DNA of 32,000 nt from Pyrolobus fumarii 1A (lineage in GTDB: Archaea; Thermoproteota; Thermoprotei_A; Sulfolobales; Pyrodictiaceae): contig NC_015931.1 of assembly GCF_000223395.1 (NCBI RefSeq), positions 1,200,001 to 1,232,000 on the forward strand. The letters are read 5' to 3'. Below, one piece after another: positions 1 to 7,330 of the stretch (position 1 is the first letter of the stretch; every line of letters starts with the position of its first letter). The position numbers and the translations under genes were made by a program. Below the pieces are notes generated by a model, which saw only the letters and a list, made by a program, of their open reading frames with translations, ran no database searches and was not told the DNA's origin.

Positions 1-1497
1 GCGGGCGCCACCCCCTCCGAGCTCGTTTTTACGAAAAGCGTTCAGTGCAACTACGAGTGCCCAACCATTTACGCCTACACATTGGGCCTCGCGAAGGTAC
101 GCATAGTATCCTGTGGACACCGACTCTTCTATTGTGTCGACGAGCCGAGCTTGAGCAGAGAAGATGAGAGGCTTGTCAGCGAGATAGCCCGTAGGAGCAT
201 AGTCGCCGGCCTAGAGGTGATACCAAGCGACCCAGAGTCTCTCCGAAAACTAGCATCGAAGCTTGGAGTGCCGTACCCTATACTCGCAAGGAAGCTACCG
301 ATACTGAAGTACTATGTCGAGAAGGCTGTGAGCGGATACGGACCCCTCTACCCGCTCATCCGTGACCCGGAGGTGGAGGAGATAGCTATTGATGGACCAG
401 GGAGAGCCGTAAGCGTGGTACACCGCCGCTTTGAAGTAGGCTGGATGAGCACAAACATAGTACTCAGCGAAGAAGAGCTCGACGTTCTCGTTATGTACCT
501 GGCTAGGAGGATCGGGAAACCTGTGAGCATAGCACACCCCTATGCTGAAGGCCTGACGCCAGAGGGGCACCGAGTAGCCCTGACCTTCGCCAAGGAGGTT
601 AGCAGGCTTGGCAGTAGCGTAGTTATCCGCAAGCATTTGGAGAAGCCGCTCTCCGCCATACAACTGATAGAGCAGGGCATCGCGACAGAGTTGCTAATGG
701 CGTATCTCTGGATGCTAGTGGATCACGGTAAGTCCGTGCTGATAGTCGGGCCCACGGCATCCGGGAAGACAACACTACTGCAGGCCATACTAGGCCTCAT
801 ACCGAGCTACAAGAGGATAGTGACTATAGAAGATACGCCAGAGTTCAACCTCTTTGACCGACCGCACTGGGATAGCCTTGTAGCACGGCACAGCTACTCT
901 AAGGACGTGGAAGACGTTACCCTCGAGAAGCTTGCGAAGTTCGCGCTTCGGAGGAGGCCAGATGTCCTGGTTATAGGCGAGATTAGGGGTGTCGAGGCTG
1001 AGGTTTTCCTTCAGGCGGCTGCAACCGGCCACGCTGCTCTAGCAACAATGCATGCCGATAGTGCACGCTCTGCTATCGACCGTCTGAAGGGTATGGGTGT
1101 TCCAGACTACCTGCTAGACGCGCTCGACTCTATTGTCGTTGTTAAAAGGATTCGGAGAGGCGATTCACAGGTACGTAGGGTAGTAGAGGTTGTAGAGTAT
1201 ATCGACGGTTCTCTAGTCAACGTGTTCCAGTGGAACCCGCGTGACGACCTACTAACACCAACGTCGATAGTGGAGGTTGTTAAGCGCTCTAGGGTACTCC
1301 GTAGGATAGCTGATGCTGAGGGTACTGGTGAAGAGGCTCTACGCGAGGAGCTAGAGCGTCTCGTAAGACTCTTGAGGCGGCTACGTGAAGAGGGGGTTTA
1401 TGAGTTTAAGGACGTGTACAGAAGGATAGACGAGATCTTTAACGTCTATGTTGCTGGTGAGTTCATTGCCACTACTCCTGCGCCTACTGGTAAGTGA
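1..1497 (+). CDS. Type IV pilus/archaellum-type assembly ATPase (FlaI/TadA/VirB11-GspE superfamily); probably 5'-truncated by the window edge (listed TTG start at 82)
   Basis: The protein has a P-loop GPTASGKTTLL, a Walker B/Asp box RRPDVLVIGEIRGVEA and a His box ATGHAALATMHA, typical of secretion/pilus ATPases. The frame has no stop from nt 1 to the TTG at 82 (AGATPSELVFTKSVQCNYECPTIYAYT...), so the true start may lie upstream of the window. Confidence 0.85.
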   Translation, partial: AGATPSELVFTKSVQCNYECPTIYAYTLGLAKVRIVSCGHRLFYCVDEPSLSREDERLVSEIARRSIVAGLEVIPSDPESLRKLASKLGVPYPILARKLPILKYYVEKAVSGYGPLYPLIRDPEVEEIAIDGPGRAVSVVHRRFEVGWMSTNIVLSEEELDVLVMYLARRIGKPVSIAHPYAEGLTPEGHRVALTFAKEVSRLGSSVVIRKHLEKPLSAIQLIEQGIATELLMAYLWMLVDHGKSVLIVGPTASGKTTLLQAILGLIPSYKRIVTIEDTPEFNLFDRPHWDSLVARHSYSKDVEDVTLEKLAKFALRRRPDVLVIGEIRGVEAEVFLQAAATGHAALATMHADSARSAIDRLKGMGVPDYLLDALDSIVVVKRIRRGDSQVRRVVEVVEYIDGSLVNVFQWNPRDDLLTPTSIVEVVKRSRVLRRIADAEGTGEEALREELERLVRLLRRLREEGVYEFKDVYRRIDEIFNVYVAGEFIATTPAPTGK

Positions 1498-2683
1498 GGA
1501 GGACCTCATACCACTGCTTCTAGGGTTCACCGCTGTCAACGGCGACCTACGATTGTACACGCAGTATCTGTCAAGCTTATGTCACAATGGTAGGGGAGGG
1601 TCACGCAGGGTAGCCTGCAGGTTCCTAGAGCACATGGCTACCGTCAAGGAGCCTCTCCTCGCTCTCGAGAAGCTATCGAAGGAGCTTGGCGGAAGCGGAG
1701 CACTACTCAACGAGATTGTGAGGTCTCTACGGCTTGGTGTAGAGCCTGCCGAAGTTGCAGAGAGACTCGTTGAGAGGATAATAGCGAGGGTGCGAGCAAA
1801 AGCCGAGCTAGTCGACGATATAGCCAAGGCAATGCTAGAGGTACTGGCCCTAGTCTCTACCGTACTGACATTCTCTATACTCATGAGTGGTTTTCTTCTT
1901 GGCGGCGGCGCGGGTATCCAACTAGCAGCGTTTATACTAGCCGGTATAGTGGGCCTAGCCGCAATGTTCACACCAAGCGTCGTGAGACTCAGCGCTCCGC
2001 GGGTACCTCGCATTGTAACTGTAACAACGATAGCGTCTATGATTTCGGGGGTCTATTCCATCTACGCTCATAGTCTTCTGGCAGCCCTGATTTCCACAGT
2101 TCTAAGCCTCCCTGCAATACTATACACGGCGAGGTGGTGGAGACAAACACGCAGTGTAGCCTCGATAGCCGTTGGGATAGCAGAGTCGCTACAAATGGGT
2201 AGAGGTATACCACCATTAGGAGCCGGCGACCCAAGCCTAACCTACAGTATACTCATGGGTTCGAAGTACAGCGTGTACAGCAACCTAGGCGAGCTTCTAG
2301 TTGACATGCTGAGGCTCATCCCGCAAGAGGGCAGCGTGACGGCAGCGAAGCTGCTTCGGAGTTTTACAGAGTTCGCGGCCAGGTACTTAGAGTTGGTGAA
2401 AACAGCATTGACTAAGAGCATAGTCTACGAGACTATAGTTGTCATCGCAATGCCATTGTTAGCGCTATTGGCGAAACAGGTGCTGGGGGTGATGAACACC
2501 GCAACAGTAGCAAACGCGCCGATACCGCTCCTAAGGACGGGGCTACACGGTGGAAAAGAACTAAGTATGATGTTGTTACCAGCCGTGGCCTATCCCTTAG
2601 CAACCTCAAAGATAGGGAGAGGGACCCCGCTACTACCCCTGCTGCACTGGCTACCCTCCCTTCTCGCCGTCGTCCTCCTTTAA
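1448..2683 (+). CDS. Polytopic membrane protein, probable TadC/FlaJ-like platform partner of the upstream ATPase
   Basis: This 411-aa ORF overlaps the ATPase stop by 50 nt and has several long hydrophobic segments (e.g. VLALVSTVLTFSILMSGFLLGGGAGIQLAAFILAGIVGLAAMF). An ATPase next to a polytopic membrane protein is the usual core of archaeal type IV pilus-like loci. The family call rests on context, not on a recognised motif. The start is uncertain (ATG 1448 or in-frame ATG 1634). Confidence 0.5.
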   Translation: MLLVSSLPLLLRLLVSEEDLIPLLLGFTAVNGDLRLYTQYLSSLCHNGRGGSRRVACRFLEHMATVKEPLLALEKLSKELGGSGALLNEIVRSLRLGVEPAEVAERLVERIIARVRAKAELVDDIAKAMLEVLALVSTVLTFSILMSGFLLGGGAGIQLAAFILAGIVGLAAMFTPSVVRLSAPRVPRIVTVTTIASMISGVYSIYAHSLLAALISTVLSLPAILYTARWWRQTRSVASIAVGIAESLQMGRGIPPLGAGDPSLTYSILMGSKYSVYSNLGELLVDMLRLIPQEGSVTAAKLLRSFTEFAARYLELVKTALTKSIVYETIVVIAMPLLALLAKQVLGVMNTATVANAPIPLLRTGLHGGKELSMMLLPAVAYPLATSKIGRGTPLLPLLHWLPSLLAVVLL

Positions 2684-3784
2684 CCCGAGTATTCTCGGTA
2701 TACTCTTCTCGTATGGCTTTGTAGCTATACCACGCTCGGTTATGATTGCTGTCACGAGCTCCGGAGGTGTAACGTCAAACGCTGGATTTAGCACGCGAAC
2801 TTCTGGCACGGTTATTACAACCTTGCCAACCACCGTCCTAACCTCGTCCGGATCCCTCTCTTCGATCGGAATGCTTGGCCCGCGTAGCCGCGGGTCAATA
2901 GTGGAAGTTGGCGCGACTACATAGAACGGTACACCATGCCGATTTGCGAGCACGGCTATCGTGTACGTGCCTATCTTGTTAGCCACGTAGCCATCAAGCG
3001 TTATCCTATCAGCACCTACGAACACCTTATCAACAAGACCCTTTGACATTACATACCCAACCATGTTGTCGGTTATGAGTGTCACGTCAATACCCTCCTT
3101 TACAAGCTCCCAGACCGTAAGCCTAGCTCCTTGCAACAGAGGCCTTGTCTCGGTAGCAATGACGCGTATCCTCTTGCCCTCCTCTACAGCTGCACGTATA
3201 ACACCCAGGGCGGTACCATAACCTGCAGTCGCCAAGGCGCCAGTATTACAGTGTGTGAGTATCGTGTCACCATCCTGTATGAGCTTCGCGCCTATCTCTC
3301 CCATCCGAATGTTAGCCTCGATATCCTCAAGCATGATGCGCTTAGCCTCTTCGATCACAGCATTCCTAACATCATCCACGCTACTGGATTCGCTAGCGGC
3401 TCTCCTAGCACGCTCTAAAACACGGTCAATAGCCCAGAAGAGGTTGTAGGCTGTAGGCCTAGTCTCGCGAAGCACGTTAGCAGCCTCTTCAAGGTCCTTT
3501 AGAAGCTCCCCGACGTTACTAGCCTTAGAGTGGAAAGCTGCTAGGGCAAGACCGAGTGCCGCGGCAACGCCTATGGCTGGCGCACCACGTATCTCCATGT
3601 CACGTATAGCCTTGGCTAGCCTCCTGTAATCCCTCGTCTCCCTGTAAACCTCCTCCCAGGGTATAAGGCGGACATCAAGCCAGCGTACACGACCATCGTC
3701 AAGCCACTCTATGGGGCGTATGCGTAGCCTGGAGGCAAGCTTCTCAAGCTTCTTGTCAAGCTCCAAAAGAGCCCTACACCCCAC
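2651..3784 (-). CDS. mtnA: Methylthioribose-1-phosphate isomerase-like protein (aIF-2BI / eIF-2B alpha-beta-delta family)
   Basis: The N-terminal segment RIRPIEWLDDGRVRWLDVRLIPWEEVY, followed by IRDMEIRGAPAIGVAAALGLALAA and the C-terminal NPAFDVTPPELVTAIITERG, matches the MtnA-type branch of the eIF-2B-related family. It has a GTG start, and its 3' end overlaps the convergent gene by 33 nt. Confidence 0.75.
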   Translation of the reverse strand: MGCRALLELDKKLEKLASRLRIRPIEWLDDGRVRWLDVRLIPWEEVYRETRDYRRLAKAIRDMEIRGAPAIGVAAALGLALAAFHSKASNVGELLKDLEEAANVLRETRPTAYNLFWAIDRVLERARRAASESSSVDDVRNAVIEEAKRIMLEDIEANIRMGEIGAKLIQDGDTILTHCNTGALATAGYGTALGVIRAAVEEGKRIRVIATETRPLLQGARLTVWELVKEGIDVTLITDNMVGYVMSKGLVDKVFVGADRITLDGYVANKIGTYTIAVLANRHGVPFYVVAPTSTIDPRLRGPSIPIEERDPDEVRTVVGKVVITVPEVRVLNPAFDVTPPELVTAIITERGIATKPYEKSIPRILGLKEDDGEKGG

Positions 3785-3809
3785 CTAGAGCTACTAGGGC
3801 CGCTGAGTA

Positions 3810-4358
3810 ATGAGTTGCAAGCCCCTCGTGCAGGTGGATCCCAAGACGCTAACCGGGAGCATAAAGGAGTGCGCCGAGTCACTCGGCCGCGTAGTGGTGC
3901 TTGTACCGGAGGGGCGTAGACTCCATCCAGTAGAGGTCGCCTACATACTCTACCGCGACGCTGCAGTGGTAAAGATAGGCGAGAAGAGTGTCACATTCCG
4001 CGAGTTCATGACGTTGTATTCCCGCATAAACCCGATGGCTTTGCCCTTCTTCGAGGTCTACTACGAGCTTAGGAGGCGGGGTAAGCTCCCAATTCCAGGC
4101 CCTCGCGAAAACACACTTGTGTTGATAAGATCAAGGAGAAACCCTAAACAGACACACTATATACTCGTCGTTGAAGAAGGACGGCCAGTTCCAATTAAAC
4201 TACTTCAGAGTTTTGTAGAAGAGGCTCGCCATCGAGGCTTGGAGCCTGTACTAGCTATAGTGGATCGCTACGGCGACGTAACATTCTATACGCCTATGGT
4301 CTTCCACCCCGCCGAGAGGCCACGGGAGCTGGAGGAGAGCCTTGAAGCCCAAGATTAA
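3810..4358 (+). CDS. endA: tRNA-splicing endonuclease subunit, probably the non-catalytic (structural, beta-type) subunit of a crenarchaeal heterotetramer
   Basis: The 182-aa protein has VYYELRRRG ... THYILVVEEG ... PVLAIVDRYGDVTFY, which resembles the C-terminal EndA nuclease fold. In an alignment made from memory to M. jannaschii EndA, the catalytic Tyr and Lys positions are Ile/Leu-like (LVLIRSR, HRGLEPV) and only the His is retained. Confidence 0.6.
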   Translation: MSCKPLVQVDPKTLTGSIKECAESLGRVVVLVPEGRRLHPVEVAYILYRDAAVVKIGEKSVTFREFMTLYSRINPMALPFFEVYYELRRRGKLPIPGPRENTLVLIRSRRNPKQTHYILVVEEGRPVPIKLLQSFVEEARHRGLEPVLAIVDRYGDVTFYTPMVFHPAERPRELEESLEAQD

Positions 4359-5643
4359 CCTCGATCCTCTTCGAGGATTCCGAGATATACTCGCGCCAGA
4401 CTCTGAGGAGTTAACCGCGCTAGCCACTACCTTCAAGAGGTTGGCAAGAAGGCACGGCTATCGCGAGGTCATACCGCCAACTCTCGAGAGGTTCGAGCTT
4501 TTCGCGTTGAAATCCGGCGAGGAGATAAGGAGGAGCATGTACGTTTTTCGCGATAAGGCTGGCCGCGAGGTAGCAATGAGGCCAGAGGCTACAGCGAGCA
4601 TCGCAAGGATATACCTTCGCCATCTCCGTGCCCAGCCTAAACCGGTAAGACTCTATTATGTCGTCAACTGCTTCCGATACGAGGAGCCACAGTACGCTAG
4701 GTACCGCGAGTTCTACCAGGCAGGTGTCGAGCTTATAGGCGAGCAGTCGCCCACCGGCGACATAGAGGTAGCTGCCCTACTCTACCGCTTCTATGAGAAG
4801 ATTGGGATGAACAAGCATATTGAGGTGCTAGCCGGTACGACCGGAGTGTACCGCGCACTCTTCGAGAAGTACAGAGTGCCCGAGGAGAAGCAGGACCACA
4901 TACTCCACCTTATGGACAAGAAGGAGTACGATAAGGCCAGGTTAGAGCTAGAGAGTGTAAACAACGAGCTAGCAGAGATTGCTTCAAAGCTATGGGACAT
5001 TGGCGACATAGATACAGAGGGTAGGTTCCGTGAGGCTCACAGTCTCTTAGAGAGTGTTGAGCCTCGAGCAGCCGAGGCACTTGAACATCTAAGGTTCTTC
5101 GCAGAGAGCCTTGCGAATCTCGGCGCTAAGATACGCACCGACCTAAGCTTCGCACGAGGCTTGGCATACTACACGGGCATAATATTCGAGGTGAAGGTGC
5201 CAGGCTTTCCTGTTAGCATTGCAGGTGGAGGGAGATACGACACACTCATAGAGCTCTACGGCGGCGAGCATATGCCGGCCACGGGCTTCGCAATAGGCTT
5301 GGATCGTACACTCATAGCGGCAAAAGAGGTTGGTATAGACTTGCGTCTGGAGCCCGAGCCGGCACCGAGAGTAGCGATAGTCTACTTGGAGCGCGGTGTG
5401 CTACCCTATGCTATCCGGGTACAGGGTATGCTGGTAGAATGGGGGATGGAGGCTAGCATCTATGGTGAGAAGAAGCTCGGCCGGCTCTTGCCGAGGCTCG
5501 CGGAGGAGGGATACCGTTACGCCGTGATACTCGGGAAGAGAGAGGCTGAGCGTGGAGTAGCGGCAGTCCGAGACCTCTCCACGAGAAGACAAGTGGAGGT
5601 TAGCCTCGAGAAGCTCCCGTTGACGTTGCTAGGGTGGGCCTAG
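4342..5643 (+). CDS. hisS: Histidyl-tRNA synthetase
   Basis: The N-terminal PLRGFRDILAP, the class II motif 2 CFRYEEPQYARYREFYQAGVELIG, and GLAYYTGIIFEV plus GGGRYD are HisRS signatures. The TTG start overlaps the endA-like stop by 17 nt and is preceded by GGAGGAG. Confidence 0.9.
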   Translation: MKPKINLDPLRGFRDILAPDSEELTALATTFKRLARRHGYREVIPPTLERFELFALKSGEEIRRSMYVFRDKAGREVAMRPEATASIARIYLRHLRAQPKPVRLYYVVNCFRYEEPQYARYREFYQAGVELIGEQSPTGDIEVAALLYRFYEKIGMNKHIEVLAGTTGVYRALFEKYRVPEEKQDHILHLMDKKEYDKARLELESVNNELAEIASKLWDIGDIDTEGRFREAHSLLESVEPRAAEALEHLRFFAESLANLGAKIRTDLSFARGLAYYTGIIFEVKVPGFPVSIAGGGRYDTLIELYGGEHMPATGFAIGLDRTLIAAKEVGIDLRLEPEPAPRVAIVYLERGVLPYAIRVQGMLVEWGMEASIYGEKKLGRLLPRLAEEGYRYAVILGKREAERGVAAVRDLSTRRQVEVSLEKLPLTLLGWA

Positions 5644-5727
5644 AAAGGTTGTCACAACTACTCATCGTGGCACGCGAAGCTTCTTAAGGGCGGCTATGTG
5701 TGCACGGGTTTAACGGGTGCTTCTTCA

Positions 5728-7176
5728 ATGGCTGTTAAGCTCCAGAGGGTTAGCGAGTACGAATGGGTCATACCCAAAGGCGCAAAGCCGTGCATGAGAG
5801 TACCGGCTGTGATCTTTGCCGACGAATACCTCCTCAAGAAGATGCAGCAGGATCTAACCCTAGAGCAAGCGGCTAACGTGGCCTGCCTCCCCGGCATACA
5901 AGTAGCCAGTTACGTGATGCCGGACGGCCACCAGGGTTATGGCTTCCCCATTGGCGGCGTGGCAGGCATGGCGATTGACGAGGATGGCGTTATCAGCCCG
6001 GGTGGCGTCGGCTACGATATCAACTGTGGTGTAAGGCTTCTCCGTACAAACCTCGACTACAACGAGGTTAAGCCGAAACTCAAGGAGCTCATCCAGGAGC
6101 TGTACAGGAACGTGCCTAGCGGCCTAGGCAAGAGCGGCAAGATACACTTGAGCATCCAGGAGCTTAACAAGGTGCTCGACGAGGGCGTAATGTGGGCTGT
6201 ACAGCGCGGCTACGGCTGGGCTGACGACCCGGAGCACATCGAGGAGCGAGGCAGCTGGACACTAGCAGACTCCTCGAAGGTAAGCCAGAGGGCCAAGCAG
6301 CGTGGAGCCCCCCAGCTAGGCACCCTTGGCAGCGGCAACCACTTCCTAGAAGTGCAGGTTGTTGACGAGATATACGACCCACAGATTGCCAAGGTACTTG
6401 GCATAGAGCGTGTAGGCCAAGTTATGGTCATGATACACACTGGTAGCCGTGGTCTAGGCCACCAAGTTGCAAGCGACTACCTCATGATAATGGAGAGGGC
6501 TATGAGGAAGTATGGCATCCGCCCACCAGACCGCGAGCTAGCCAGCGTCCCATTCTCTAGCAGGGAGGCCCAAGACTACCTTAGGGCGATGGCTGCCGCC
6601 GCCAACTACGCATGGACCAACAGGCAGCTAATCACGCACTGGGTGCGCGAGAGCTTCCGCAGAGTGCTACACGTTGATCCCGACAAGCTAGACCTACACA
6701 TCATATATGATGTGGCCCACAACATCGCAAAGATAGAGGAGCACGAGGTCGACGGGAAGAGGATGAAGCTGGTCGTACACAGGAAGGGCGCGACCAGAGC
6801 ATTCCCACCAGGCCATCCAGAGATACCCAAGGATCACAGGGAGATTGGCCAGGTGGTCCTCATACCAGGTAGCATGGGCACACCGAGCTTCGTGATGGTC
6901 GGCATCCCGGAGGGTAAGAGGACCTGGTACTCTGCTCCACACGGCTCTGGCCGCTGGATGAGCCGCGAAGCGGCAGTCAGAACCTACAGGCCAGCTGAGG
7001 TTGTCGAGCAGCTAGCCAGGCAGGGTATAGTGGTTATGGCCGCTAACAGGAGGGTCATCGCAGAGGAGGCTCCTGGCGCCTACAAGCCAAGCGAGCGTGT
7101 GGTTCGCGTCGCACACGCTGTCAAGATTGCTAAGCTCGTTGTCAAGCTACGCCCGATTGGTGTAGTCAAGGGCTAA
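5728..7176 (+). CDS. rtcB: RNA 3'-phosphate/2',3'-cyclic phosphate ligase RtcB (tRNA-splicing ligase)
   Basis: The protein has MPDGHQGYGFPIGGV, GGVGYDINCGVRL, GSGNHFLEVQ, HTGSRGLGHQVA and a C-terminal PIGVVKG, with no intein insertion. I prefer ATG 5728 (MAVKLQRVSEYEWVIP) over the listed GTG 5698 because family N-termini begin close to this point. Confidence 0.93.
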   Translation: MAVKLQRVSEYEWVIPKGAKPCMRVPAVIFADEYLLKKMQQDLTLEQAANVACLPGIQVASYVMPDGHQGYGFPIGGVAGMAIDEDGVISPGGVGYDINCGVRLLRTNLDYNEVKPKLKELIQELYRNVPSGLGKSGKIHLSIQELNKVLDEGVMWAVQRGYGWADDPEHIEERGSWTLADSSKVSQRAKQRGAPQLGTLGSGNHFLEVQVVDEIYDPQIAKVLGIERVGQVMVMIHTGSRGLGHQVASDYLMIMERAMRKYGIRPPDRELASVPFSSREAQDYLRAMAAAANYAWTNRQLITHWVRESFRRVLHVDPDKLDLHIIYDVAHNIAKIEEHEVDGKRMKLVVHRKGATRAFPPGHPEIPKDHREIGQVVLIPGSMGTPSFVMVGIPEGKRTWYSAPHGSGRWMSREAAVRTYRPAEVVEQLARQGIVVMAANRRVIAEEAPGAYKPSERVVRVAHAVKIAKLVVKLRPIGVVKG

Positions 7177-7330
7177 ACCCCACATTATTTTAGGAGTGCA
7201 TCGCACGTATCACATGCTTTTGTGCTCGCCTTATCCTTCTATGTTGTGTTTTTCTAGTGAGTGGTAGGGGTGATTAGGAGGCGTTTCGTAAGTCGCTTGG
7301 AGAGTTAGGGAGTGAAGGGAGGGTAGTGGC

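Noticed and set aside
82-84. The TTG at 82 as the true start of the pilus ATPase.
   Set aside because: The frame is open back to nt 1, and family members usually carry a longer N-terminal domain before the P-loop. I treat the gene as probably 5'-partial, but I cannot exclude the TTG start.
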